A stretch of DNA of 64,000 nucleotides from Candidatus Bathyarchaeota archaeon (GCA_963739305.1 CAVTZU010000024.1:10245-74244); one strand, 5' to 3'. Shown: positions 50,145 to 60,112, counted from the first letter of the stretch. Program-made: numbers and translations. The notes: generated by a model from the letters alone, not told the origin.

Positions 50145-50178
50145 ACGTGTTTCACGACTTCAGTTTGATAGACGCCTG

Positions 50179-51201
50179 GTGTTTGGTGTGAAGGCACGGG
50201 AGGGCGATTTTGTTGAAACTCGGAATGGCTCGATTTTTGACGTGAAGGGCCATGTTCACCCTCCGAAGAGAGTGGTCGCCTTCATCCGTTATTTCCCTGA
50301 AGAGAGAGGAGAAAGAAAGAAGAACGGGATCTCGTATGGTAAGGTCTACTCGTTTTCGGAGCGTTATGAGCTCTTGATGAGGAGATATCAGGGATACCTT
50401 GTCTACGACCCCGTTTTCGACGAAACGCTTTGTGAAGTTCCAGATAGTAATATTCGAAGACGCTATGATCCAGTTGAAAGAATGACACAGCTTAGAAACT
50501 CCGGGAACTTGGATTCGCTTGAAGAAATGGCCCTACGATTGGCTGAGAGACTCAAAGAAAGGTCGAAAGCGCCCTGGGACGCGATTGGGATCTCAGGATC
50601 AGTTTTGGTCGATCTCCAAAAGAAGGGTTCCGACCTCGACCCAGTCGTGTATGGTTCCGAAAATTGTAAGAAGGTCCATTCAGCGCTAAAGGAGATGTTG
50701 AATGACCCTGAGTCACTGTTCAGCCCCTACAGCGTGGATGAACTGAGAGCGTTGTTCGATTTTCGTTCGAAAGATACAGCTATGAATTTTAGACAATTTC
50801 TTCGAACCGAATCGAAGAAAGCTTATCAGGGAAAGTTCATGGGAACCGACTACTTCGTGCGTTTCATAAAAGACTGGGAAGAGATTGATGAAAAATATGG
50901 CGACATTCAATACAAGAATGTTGGTCACGCAAAGATCCAGGCAGTGGTGGCGGACGATTCCGAATCCATTTTCACCCCGTGCAAGTACGTTATTCGCGAT
51001 GCCACATTTGTTGAAGGGCCAAAACTCGATCCAATACGTGAAGTAGCGTCCTTCAGAGGTAGATTCTGCGACCAAGCAAGGAAAGGTGATTCGATAGTTG
51101 CGCAGGGAAAAGTAGAAAGAGTCATGAATAAGCAGGAAGGCTACGAGTATCTGAGGCTTCTGATCGGTAACGAACGTTCGGATTATATGGTTGTCGTTTA
51201 G
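50179..51201 (+). CDS. COG1665-like nucleotidyltransferase (paralog 1)
   Basis: REGDF...FDVKGHVHP...AFIRY; Pol-beta motif GISGS...SDLDPVVYG; C-terminal OB-like region. Confidence 0.8.
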   Translation: MFGVKAREGDFVETRNGSIFDVKGHVHPPKRVVAFIRYFPEERGERKKNGISYGKVYSFSERYELLMRRYQGYLVYDPVFDETLCEVPDSNIRRRYDPVERMTQLRNSGNLDSLEEMALRLAERLKERSKAPWDAIGISGSVLVDLQKKGSDLDPVVYGSENCKKVHSALKEMLNDPESLFSPYSVDELRALFDFRSKDTAMNFRQFLRTESKKAYQGKFMGTDYFVRFIKDWEEIDEKYGDIQYKNVGHAKIQAVVADDSESIFTPCKYVIRDATFVEGPKLDPIREVASFRGRFCDQARKGDSIVAQGKVERVMNKQEGYEYLRLLIGNERSDYMVVV

Positions 51202-52277
51202 GGTTTCGGATTGCTAACTTTCAGGACCTGCTCGTAATATCTTGGACAATAGGTGAGAGTTATTTGAAAAGAGTGACCGTGTGGACCAGCAAGTTCCTCC
51301 AAGTTTCCCGTGACCTCCACGGTTTCATCGCATTTTGCCTGAAGCCTGAACTCCTCAAGGTAGGAGACAACCCGATTCACCTCGACAGCTTGCTTGGACC
51401 CTTCGGAAACTTCAAGCGGCTCTATGTCGTAAATTGAAGGAACAAAGGGAGACTCAATATCGTCAAGTACTTTGGCGCGAATGCTGGTCCACCCCTTCGA
51501 CACTATTTTCGTTTCGGGGTCAAAATCATTCTTGATTTCCTGCCACTTTTTCACGGGCTCGAATTCCGTCTTCACTGTCCGTCCGCCCGCCGGATCCTCA
51601 AAGAGTGAGTAGATCAGCTTTCTTCGTTGGTGCCACAGGTACTCTTTGAGACTGAGATTTGTGAACCGCCAGTTCTTACCCGCAACGGACTGATCAGTTA
51701 CGAATTCATTCCTTAAGGACGAAGCTTCAGATTCATAGAATCCTTGGAGACTTTCGAGAAGTCTTGCAAGGTTTCTTTCGCCGTAGATTATTAGGTCGAC
51801 GTCAGAAAACCGTGGATGATAGAATTTGTGAAGCAGGGAACCGAAGACGCCGAAATCTGTGAGATGGAGTCTTGAACATCGCAGCACGTTCTCGAGTACA
51901 CTTTGCATTGCTCGGTGCAGATTGTCTTTTGGCGCGGTTCCTACGAGTTTGAGAAGAGTCTTTTCGGGCTTCCGGACCATGAAAATGTCGTTCAGACTTA
52001 CTCCAACCACTTTTCTGCCTAGCATCTCGTGAAAAATCATGTATCGTGGATACTTTTCTTGAATGAACCTGAAGCCTTGATCTTCATAGAACTTGAAGAA
52101 GCCGTTCTGCCCCTGACCCCTGGGCGCTCTAGGATCGGTCGAATTGAAGATTTTGGAAGAGGCATACTCTGCGTCACAAAGGAAAGAGCGTTCTGGATGT
52201 GAATAGCCAAATACCCTGAAGATCAAGCCTTCCTTTGTGACTATGGCGTCGCGGTCCCTGAGTTTTAAAGAGGCCAA
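51198..52277 (-). CDS. COG1665-like nucleotidyltransferase (paralog 2)
   Basis: RDRD...FRVFGYSHP; GVFGS...SDVDLIIYG. Confidence 0.8.
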   Translation of the reverse strand: MASLKLRDRDAIVTKEGLIFRVFGYSHPERSFLCDAEYASSKIFNSTDPRAPRGQGQNGFFKFYEDQGFRFIQEKYPRYMIFHEMLGRKVVGVSLNDIFMVRKPEKTLLKLVGTAPKDNLHRAMQSVLENVLRCSRLHLTDFGVFGSLLHKFYHPRFSDVDLIIYGERNLARLLESLQGFYESEASSLRNEFVTDQSVAGKNWRFTNLSLKEYLWHQRRKLIYSLFEDPAGGRTVKTEFEPVKKWQEIKNDFDPETKIVSKGWTSIRAKVLDDIESPFVPSIYDIEPLEVSEGSKQAVEVNRVVSYLEEFRLQAKCDETVEVTGNLEELAGPHGHSFQITLTYCPRYYEQVLKVSNPKP

Positions 52278-53300
52278 AGGTATTCTTCCTCGCTGGAGCC
52301 TGTGCCGACGACAACCTGATGAAATGTTTCCTTTGTCTCAGTGTGTTGAACGCGTTCAAGCATGCCTGAAACGCGGATCGTGTCGTCTTTGCGGGCGACG
52401 TTCCTGTAACATCCGATCATTGAAACCACGATGGTCGGAACAAGGTCATCCCTCAGTTCTGATGCTGGATCGACCGGATCGTAATTCTTAATCTTGTAAA
52501 CGGCAGGGCGGAACATGGCTTCGCTGTCGTCTTTCACCTTACATTCGAATGTGACCTTGTGAAATGGAGCGTATTTGAAGTCACCATACTTGGATTTGAT
52601 TTCTTCGCTTTTGCGAACCGCGTTGAACATGAACAGCTTGCCTTTGAACCTTCCCTTGTATCTTCTTGCTTTGTCGATACGATTCTTGAAAACGTAGTTC
52701 AATGTCCCGTTTTCTGCAAGTTTGTCTATTACGTTTTCGAGTTTTCGGAAGTTTCGGCCTCCGTAGATGACCAAGTCGATGTCCGATCTCGAAGTGTGCA
52801 TGTTCAAGGCAATTGACCCGTGAAGGCCGAAATCCTTCAGAGGAACCCTGGATTCTTTTGAAAGCAGTTCTACGAGATTTATCGCGGTATTCTGTAAAGA
52901 GTCTCTCTTTTCAAGTGCAAGAACGTGTTCGAGACAATCTCTTGGAACGTACACGTCTCTGATCGATGTTAGAGGTGCGCTAAGAATTTCTTTGCCCTTG
53001 AAAATGCAATAATAAACGTATTCAGGGAAGTTCGCCTTGAAAGAGTCAAGAAAGCTTCTGTAGTTTTGGGGCGTGTAGAGTTTCTCAGCCCTGAAAACCT
53101 CACGGTGCCCATAGGTCCAAATGTTTTCGAGGTACTTCACCTTGAAGAGTTCCTTGAGGTCAGCAGGGATATACTTGATGAAAGCGACTACTCGGGCTTT
53201 CGGATGATCGTACCCGAAGACGTTGAAAATGAAACCTTCCTTCGTTGCGAAGGTGTCTCCGTCTTTGGGAACCCATTTTCTCGGACGCGTGTTGAAGCAC
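52265..53300 (-). CDS. COG1665-like nucleotidyltransferase (paralog 3); N-terminus extends beyond 53140, possible indel near 53278
   Basis: In-frame upstream WVPKDGDTFATKEGFIFNVFGYDHP...AFIKY; GLHGS...SDIDLVIYG. Confidence 0.78.
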
Positions 53301-53398
53301 CGCGTTAGACTGATACTGGAATGCTAGAAAAACCTATTGTCAGGACACGTAAGGCTTTAAGCAGTAGCTGTATCAAGACTGAGTGAAGTGAAACTGGT

Positions 53399-53869
53399 TT
53401 GGGCGATGACTCGCACCCCTACGTTGTTTTTCTTCCGTCCGAACACAAAATCAGAATACTAAGCGCCATTTTCGGATCCAGGGCTGCTGTCGACATACTG
53501 AAGTTATCGTTGAACAAGGGTATTTCGGAAAAACTATATCAACAGGAGCTTGGGAAGAAGCTTTCTTACTCGAACAAGACGATCATCAAAAACTTGAAGT
53601 CTCTCACCAAGTTGGACATTCTGCAAGAGTCGATGGAAAAATCTGAGAAGAATCACCGAATCGTATGGGTCAAAGCTTATCAACTCTCAGATATGGGAAA
53701 GTGGTTTTCGCTGCTTCTGGCGGAAGAAAAAGACTTGTCAGAAAGCGAAAAGGCACAGATTCTGGAGAGTCTTTTCAGAACATACATTCGATGGGTGAAA
53801 GATCTCTCTGGCAAGTTGCACTTGAGCAAGGGCAATTTGGAAAAGGCATTCAGGGAAGAAATGAAATAG
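53399..53869 (+). CDS. Winged-helix transcriptional regulator
   Basis: YQQELGKKLSYSNKTIIKNLKSL...YQLSDMG. Confidence 0.75.
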   Translation: MGDDSHPYVVFLPSEHKIRILSAIFGSRAAVDILKLSLNKGISEKLYQQELGKKLSYSNKTIIKNLKSLTKLDILQESMEKSEKNHRIVWVKAYQLSDMGKWFSLLLAEEKDLSESEKAQILESLFRTYIRWVKDLSGKLHLSKGNLEKAFREEMK

Positions 53870-53881
53870 GAGAGTCCAAGC

Positions 53882-54406
53882 TTGAAGCCGAGAGTTATAG
53901 CTGTCGTTGGCGGAAAGAAATCGGGAAAAACAGCCATAATTGAACTTTTGACGAGAGAACTCGTTGGAAGAGGTTACAGAATCGCCGCAGTGAAACATAT
54001 TCCAGAGCCCAAATTCACGATCGATCAAGAAGGAAAAGACACTTGGCGGTTCGTCCAGGCAGGAGCGACAACTGTAGTCAGCGTCTCCGCACACGAGATA
54101 GCTACAATTGAGAGAACGAATACGGAAAATATTCCCCTCGAAAGAATCCTTCAAAAGTGTAAGGACAGCGACTTAATTCTTGTTGAAGGATTCCGCGATC
54201 TCGTTTCCAAGAATGATGAAATCGCAAAGATACTCGTAGTAACCTCCGCAGAGGAAGCGGCGAAAGACCTGAAGACTTTTCACCCTGCAATTGCCTTGAC
54301 AGGAATTGCGCAGCCAAGAATGGCAAGAATGAATATTCCTTTTGTGAACTTACGCGAGAACCCAAAGGAACTGGCAGACCTGATCGAGAAAACTGTTCTC
54401 AAATAA
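53882..54406 (+). CDS. mobB: Molybdopterin-guanine dinucleotide biosynthesis protein B
   Basis: GGKKSGKT, VKH, GKDTWRF..AGA, LVEGF. Confidence 0.92.
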   Translation: MKPRVIAVVGGKKSGKTAIIELLTRELVGRGYRIAAVKHIPEPKFTIDQEGKDTWRFVQAGATTVVSVSAHEIATIERTNTENIPLERILQKCKDSDLILVEGFRDLVSKNDEIAKILVVTSAEEAAKDLKTFHPAIALTGIAQPRMARMNIPFVNLRENPKELADLIEKTVLK

Positions 54407-54555
54407 ACATCTTCAGATCATTTATGCGGTCAGCCTGTGAAGGAATAATGCTTCCTACCCGATGATGAACGAGTTCCAATCGCAAGATTTATCCGAGCAA
54501 CAAAGAGCTGTCTGAGTGGGACGCCCAAGCGTCAGAATAGGCGAGGAATCAATTC

Positions 54556-54912
54556 ATGGAAACATTGACTATGGTGATCAGCAGTTCTCCATATGGTGAT
54601 GAGAGAATCTGGAATGCTTTGAGATTGGGAGAAGCGTTGTCGTGTTCAAGCGCCGGAATCAAGATCAACATTTTCTTGATCGGAGATGCCGTGAACGCCG
54701 CCAAGAAGGGCCAGAAACCAGCGAAAGGTTTCTACAACATAGAAAAAATGCTCAGTGATCTAGTGAAGGTGGGCGTGTGCATCAATGTCTGCCACACGAG
54801 CATGAATCTGAGGGGGTTAACGGAGGAAGACTTGGTCAAGGGCGTTGAAATGGGCACAATAACTGGGCTTTCCAAGTGGGTGGAGAGAAGCAAGAAAGTC
54901 CTGTCCTTCTGA
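54556..54912 (+). CDS. DsrE/YchN-family protein
   Basis: PYGDERIWNALRL, FLIGDAV, CHTS..LRG. Confidence 0.85.
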   Translation: METLTMVISSSPYGDERIWNALRLGEALSCSSAGIKINIFLIGDAVNAAKKGQKPAKGFYNIEKMLSDLVKVGVCINVCHTSMNLRGLTEEDLVKGVEMGTITGLSKWVERSKKVLSF

Positions 54913-55092
54913 GAAACTCTGACTTGTTGCGTTCGATGAAGCGCAAAACGAGTTGTGTTGTGCTGGCATATGGGGTTTGGAGAGATTATCTGAGGGGGAG
55001 ATGGGAGAAAGGAGATAGATGAAAAACTTTACGGTAATTCTCCAAACCTATCCATCCAGCTTTTCAACACACTCTTGCGCCGTCACCACTTT

Positions 55093-56283
55093 CTAAAGAG
55101 CTTTGAAGGCTTCAAACCATCTGTTGTACATGCCGAGCATATCAACGGAGACACTCGGCTTTCGTTCCTCAAGAATCGTCGTGAAATCATTCATCGTCAA
55201 CACCCTCGGCTTTGCCAACTTGTCGGCTGCTTGTCCTGATTCAAAGAATTCTCCAATAAGACTCAGCTGAGCCGATTGATTAACGTCTCTTATGTCGCTT
55301 CCCGAGAATCCTTCGGAAAGCCTCGCCAATTCGTGAAGGTCAACGTCAGGACCCAGTTGCAGGTTAGTCACATATAGCTTGAACATCATCAACCTTGTGT
55401 GATGGTCAGGAAGGGGAACAAGTATCCTCTTCTGGAACCTTCGAATGAAAGCCCAGTCCAAGTCCCAAGGTTTGTTTGTGGCGCCGATAACGTACACGTG
55501 AAGATTCTTGCCTTTGTCCACTATGCCGTCCATCTCTTTCAGGAATTGGTTTCGTACACGAATTTCCCCGCCGACTTCGTTTGTGTGTTTGCCCATCAGA
55601 GAATCCAGCTCATCCACGAAAACTATCGCTGCTTTTCCTTCTTGCGCTGACTTCCGAACATTTCCAAACAGTCGTGCAACGTTCTGTTCAGCTTCGCCCA
55701 GCCACTTGGACATTACCGATGCTGCGTCTATTGACACGAAGGTAGCATCAATCTCAGTGGCCACGGCGGCGGCCAACAACGTCTTTCCACAGCCAGGTGG
55801 TCCGAAAAGGAGGATTCCTCTGGGCCAGCCAAGCGGGAAAAGATCTGGGCGTTGTACGGGATAGATTATTGCTTCCTTGACCGCCTTCTTCGCGGGGTCA
55901 AGACCTACAACTTCATCCCATTTTACGTTGGGTTTCTCTGCTAATATAAGTTCTTCGTAGCTTGACTTGCCACCTTGAGTAGTCCTTGGTTCGCCTTCGC
56001 ATTCTGCGTGCGCGCCCCCATTGTTCTCTTCTGCCGCATGGGCCATTTCACGTGCGCCCACAGCGCCTTGTATCGCCTTTATCCGCTCTTGGTAGGCGAT
56101 AGCCCTTTGCACGTAGACTTTGTTCAGACTGTATTCAGGGTAAAGCTGGACAAGCTGAAGGAGGCTCTCTATGGATTTTTGGTACATGGTAATGGCCATG
56201 CCCTTTGAACCCTGCTTGTCCAAACGCACTGCTTCCAAAGCGTAGTTGGTCGCATTTTTCTCAAGTTCTTGTGAAGCACTCAT
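55093..56283 (-). CDS. cdvC: CdvC/Vps4 AAA+ ATPase with MIT domain
   Basis: MIT (AVRLDKQG...YQERI), GPPGCGKT, SKWLGE, FVDE, RRFQKRI. Confidence 0.93.
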   Translation of the reverse strand: MSASQELEKNATNYALEAVRLDKQGSKGMAITMYQKSIESLLQLVQLYPEYSLNKVYVQRAIAYQERIKAIQGAVGAREMAHAAEENNGGAHAECEGEPRTTQGGKSSYEELILAEKPNVKWDEVVGLDPAKKAVKEAIIYPVQRPDLFPLGWPRGILLFGPPGCGKTLLAAAVATEIDATFVSIDAASVMSKWLGEAEQNVARLFGNVRKSAQEGKAAIVFVDELDSLMGKHTNEVGGEIRVRNQFLKEMDGIVDKGKNLHVYVIGATNKPWDLDWAFIRRFQKRILVPLPDHHTRLMMFKLYVTNLQLGPDVDLHELARLSEGFSGSDIRDVNQSAQLSLIGEFFESGQAADKLAKPRVLTMNDFTTILEERKPSVSVDMLGMYNRWFEAFKAL

Positions 56284-56288
56284 AACCT

Positions 56289-57182
56289 CTAATCTCCTAA
56301 TTCTATCTTAATCTTGCCTTTAGACCCTAGACTATGAAGGGCCTTCTCTATCTCCTCATTCGAGGTTTCCAAATCGACTGAACAACGTGTCAAATCGATT
56401 TGTCCGTTACTCTTCTTAACGTAATCTAGAAGGGTATCTTCGAGTTTGGAATTCTCCACGGTTAAGGAGATTTCCTTGATCTCGGATTTCTTATAAGAAA
56501 AAAGGGTTTGAGAAGAATCTCCTTGAGATTCTTCAACAGACTTTTGACCGGTGGTCTTCGTCATTTCCGAAGAGATTGCGATCATTTCTTTGATTGTGGT
56601 GTGCTCAGGTTCAGTAACCTTTGAGGCGGCAGGGGGTTCAGGAAGATTTTCAGCAACTTTCTGTTCAAGATATCGTGAGACTTCTGTGAGGATTTCTTGG
56701 CCGCCAGTGGTCTTGAAGTTGATTGGGATTGTTGATTCATCAGCTGTTATCTTGGTTGAGTACAGAGTTTCGCTTATGGTATCGTTGACCTTGCACAGTT
56801 CAGAGGAAACGTCTGGCAGAACTGATAGCAGTTCTTGTGATACTCCCTGGAGAAGTCTTAGAGCGGGTTTGAGATCAACTACTACGTCGCTCAGTTCCCT
56901 TATGGTTTCAAGCCTTAGAACTACACGCTCTATAGCGAGTTCGACGTTGTAAAGAAATTGAAGGAGTTTTCTGACTTCTGCTATCTCGTTTGCACAAATG
57001 GACGCGCGGTCTCTGTTCTTGCTCTTGATCGCGTTGACGCATGTTTGGAACAGAACTTTGTCCCTTTCTCTAAGCCTGTGAGATGCTAGTCCGAGTTTGC
57101 CTTGTTGAATTTTCAAGACATGAATCGAGTTGTTGACTGTTTCACGAAACGGTGGAGGGTGAGAACGAATAAATCCTTTGAT
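56289..57182 (-). CDS. cdvB: CdvB (ESCRT-III) with MIM2-like motif and C-terminal winged helix; start uncertain
   Basis: RASICANEIAEVRK, IERVVLRLETI, LPEPP, wH tail LLDYVKKSNG...GKI; frame open to ATC 57182 after GGAGGG, first canonical start TTG 57116. Confidence 0.85.
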   Translation of the reverse strand: MKGFIRSHPPPFRETVNNSIHVLKIQQGKLGLASHRLRERDKVLFQTCVNAIKSKNRDRASICANEIAEVRKLLQFLYNVELAIERVVLRLETIRELSDVVVDLKPALRLLQGVSQELLSVLPDVSSELCKVNDTISETLYSTKITADESTIPINFKTTGGQEILTEVSRYLEQKVAENLPEPPAASKVTEPEHTTIKEMIAISSEMTKTTGQKSVEESQGDSSQTLFSYKKSEIKEISLTVENSKLEDTLLDYVKKSNGQIDLTRCSVDLETSNEEIEKALHSLGSKGKIKIELGD

Positions 57183-57218
57183 ATGCTTTCCCTCCGCCTG
57201 CCATTCAGTTTTGCTGTT

Positions 57219-57938
57219 CTATACGCCGGCTTTTCCGATTTCTTTCACATAGACAACTACGGGGGGCTCTGGAAGGCCTGGAGAAGATGAAAACGAACTT
57301 GAAGTCCTTGGTGCCTCTGGCAATTTTGTTTTGGTGGAGTCACCTAGTAGAACGTTCGAAATCTTGCTTCTTGTCAGTTCCAAGTCGGTTTTCTCTATGT
57401 GTGTTCGTTTGAGGTTGGCTTGGATCATCGCAAAAGCGGTTTCGTACGTCGGGTTGTCCAGTTTTCCGATGTCGTGTTCGATTTCAAGGTTAACGAAAGC
57501 ATAGTTCAAGCCTTTTATTCCGTCGGTAGACGCTGCTATTTCGTCGTCAATCTCTTCCAATAGCGCTTGAGCTTCAGTCTTCAGTTGCGTGAGTAGGCCG
57601 TCGAAGTTGGTGTGAAGTTCAGAGTACATCTCTTTCGAGATTTTCTTCTTCTCGGTCAAATCTCTGAGAGCCTGGTCTTTGCGCCAAATAAGTGGAATTT
57701 GGTCACATAGAATGTCCGCCTGAGCTTTGATGTTAGAGATCAGAGTTATGTCTGCGCCATTTATCTTAAGGTGATCAGTGGAGTGTTTCGAGAAAGTTCC
57801 ATCCCCGAATTCGATATATACCGAGTCGAATTTTCCGCTCGGCGTCACTGCGAAAGAAGCGATTTTCCCTATTCCACATCCGTACTCGTCTTTGACTGGT
57901 TTTCCAACGGAAAGAAAAAGACTGGGGTTTTGTGACAT
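57219..57938 (-). CDS. cdvA: Cell division protein CdvA
   Basis: PRC barrel VGKPVKDEYG, coiled coil with LEIEHDIGKLD, C-terminal PPVVVYV. Confidence 0.87.
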   Translation of the reverse strand: MSQNPSLFLSVGKPVKDEYGCGIGKIASFAVTPSGKFDSVYIEFGDGTFSKHSTDHLKINGADITLISNIKAQADILCDQIPLIWRKDQALRDLTEKKKISKEMYSELHTNFDGLLTQLKTEAQALLEEIDDEIAASTDGIKGLNYAFVNLEIEHDIGKLDNPTYETAFAMIQANLKRTHIEKTDLELTRSKISNVLLGDSTKTKLPEAPRTSSSFSSSPGLPEPPVVVYVKEIGKAGV

Positions 57939-57955
57939 GATTTTCACCCCTCAGT

Positions 57956-58624
57956 CTACGAAGTCTCTGTCGAGGATTTCTCGCCTACTGGTGTTGGAAG
58001 TCCTGGGATGCCTGGTGGCAAATCTGGAAACTTTTCTTTGATCCTTTGTTCTGCGACTGTTGATGCCTCTGTAAGAATTTTGGTAGCGTCTTCGTTTACC
58101 GCGTTGAAGTTCAGTGACATTCCTGTTTCGGTTCCGGCTTCCATCATTATGCCGCTTAGTAAATTGCCGATTTCGCCAAGTTCGCTTTCTGCCTCCGGGA
58201 AAACGCTGACCAACCCTGTTCTCACTGATCTCAATACGCCTACTGCTGGACCGAGTGTGGACACTACGTCGCCAAGTTCTGACACAGTTCGTAATCTTAG
58301 CACGATTTGTTCGAGTGCAAGCCTTGCGTTTGTAATCAGTCTTTCCATCTTGCGGATTTCTGCTAATTCGTTGGCAAAGACGTTTGCGCGTGCAGTGTCG
58401 TGTTTGGTGTATGCATCAACGATTCTTGCAAAGATTGTTCTGTCTCTCTGTGAGAATTTCTCGCCCGCCTGGTCGAGCTTGTTGACTTGCAGTTCAATGC
58501 GTCTAACGGCTACGTCTAGGCGTGGCTTCAGAGGACCTGGTGGTCTTACTGCATCTTGAAGTCTGCGGGTTAGCGGTGCTTCTTCCCTTTTTGTTTCCCA
58601 TTTCTTGCTAAACCTTTCTGACAA
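57956..58624 (-). CDS. CdvB1/2-like ESCRT-III (Snf7) protein
   Basis: RANVFANELAEIRK, LEQIVLRLRTV, FPDLP. Confidence 0.9.
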   Translation of the reverse strand: MSERFSKKWETKREEAPLTRRLQDAVRPPGPLKPRLDVAVRRIELQVNKLDQAGEKFSQRDRTIFARIVDAYTKHDTARANVFANELAEIRKMERLITNARLALEQIVLRLRTVSELGDVVSTLGPAVGVLRSVRTGLVSVFPEAESELGEIGNLLSGIMMEAGTETGMSLNFNAVNEDATKILTEASTVAEQRIKEKFPDLPPGIPGLPTPVGEKSSTETS

Positions 58625-58854
58625 ATTTAACTACCTCCTGAAAAACACTGAGTGCCTAAAACGAAATTATGCATTGTTAACATGACTACAATATGCCCGT
58701 ATATATGTGGAGCTATACGCCTAATCTAAAGCGGCTTTGGGCTTTAATTTTCCAACTAAAAGCCTACGTTGCCTCTTTTCTCGAGAATAGACAAAAAAAT
58801 GTGAGTTAGACTAAAAAGCGGCAAAATTCAATTGCTATCCAAAAGGTGAATTGA

Positions 58855-59073
58855 ATGGGCGAAAGGTTAAAGATGTTCGTCTTCGTCGCGATCTTAGGTT
58901 TCGTCGCAGGAGTAGTCGCAGACCTCAGTGCAACCTATGTGATTCCAGCACTCGCAACCGTTTTGCCGGCGTTCCTCAATGCAAGGTACATGTTATCAGG
59001 ATTTGCAGGAGCCTGTCTGACACTCGTTCTGGTCAGCGTTTGGGCCTACGTCACTGGACATCCTGAACGATAG
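58855..59073 (+). CDS. Small two-TM membrane protein
   Basis: SD AGGTGA; two hydrophobic helices; divergent from cdv operon; pyrimidine tract after stop. Confidence 0.65.
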   Translation: MGERLKMFVFVAILGFVAGVVADLSATYVIPALATVLPAFLNARYMLSGFAGACLTLVLVSVWAYVTGHPER

Positions 59074-59209
59074 CCTTCTCCCCTCCCCTTTCTTTATTCT
59101 CAAAACACCCACATCCACTTTTTGTCCCCCCATCTTGTCGATTCTCTTAGACACATATTCGCAGAACGACGGGAAATTCTTAATAATCCATCTTTGAAGT
59201 CTATCGGAC

Positions 59210-59785
59210 ATGGATTTGCTCCCGCTTCTCTCTTCCTTCGGAATTGTTGCGTTGGCAGAACTTGGAGACAAGACACAGCTCACCGTCGTCTGTTTGAGCG
59301 CAAACAGGAAGTCAAAGTCAGTTTTTATAGGAGCAATTCTGGCGTTTGCACTCGTGGACGGAGTGAGCACCTTGATAGGGGGCAGCATTGCAGCGATCAT
59401 GCCGGCACAGTGGATCGGAATAGGAGCCGGCGTTGCATTCTTGATTTTCGGAGTGTACTCATTATTGTCAAAGTCGGAAGAAGTCGAAGTGAATGAAAGT
59501 TCTCTGAGTCTGGCCCACAGTTTCTCACTAATAGCTTTAATGGAGCTGGGAGACAAGACTCAGCTATCTGCTGTGGCATTAGCGGCAGAGTATGATGCAC
59601 CGCTAATGGTCTTCATCGGAGTGATGCTCGCACTTGCGTTGTTAACTGGAATCGGAATCGCAGTTGGAACTTTGATCTCAAGGCATATTCCTATGAGATA
59701 CGTGAAAATTGGTTCGGGTCTCGTTTTCATAGCCTTTGGTATCCTCTTCTTATGGACCACGGCAACCGGAAGTAGGCTGATTTAA
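59210..59785 (+). CDS. TMEM165/GDT1 (UPF0016) Mn2+/Ca2+ transporter
   Basis: Two ELGDKTQ motifs. Confidence 0.93.
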   Translation: MDLLPLLSSFGIVALAELGDKTQLTVVCLSANRKSKSVFIGAILAFALVDGVSTLIGGSIAAIMPAQWIGIGAGVAFLIFGVYSLLSKSEEVEVNESSLSLAHSFSLIALMELGDKTQLSAVALAAEYDAPLMVFIGVMLALALLTGIGIAVGTLISRHIPMRYVKIGSGLVFIAFGILFLWTTATGSRLI

Positions 59786-60112
59786 CCGCATTATACCGAA
59801 ACGAATTGAATCTTTATTGGACTCAGTAGCGGAAAAAGAGGTCATTCGCCGAAGCGTTCCCGTACCTCGATATCTTCATAGTCCATGTTCAAGAGTATCG
59901 GCAAAGGATTTCAGTTTTTTGGTCCAGATAGCACGTTAGGAAAACAAGTACATCTTAGTGCGCGCAAAGACTATTGTAACAATTGGCGTTCCTCTCAACA
60001 TTGCCAGAAGTGCTTCGAAATTACTTTTTGTAACGCGCGCTCAATGTACTTCTGAATTTCGGCCCAATGAACGTACTCTGGCGGGCGAATGATTAAACGT
60101 CGAATTTTGCCT

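Noticed and set aside
59074-59209. yybP-ykoY Mn2+ riboswitch upstream of the TMEM165 gene
   Set aside because: Region is a pyrimidine terminator tract plus a TATA-like box; no matching stems or consensus seen
59786-60112. Possible small gene or remnant
   Set aside because: Only short ORFs without recognisable motifs on either strand
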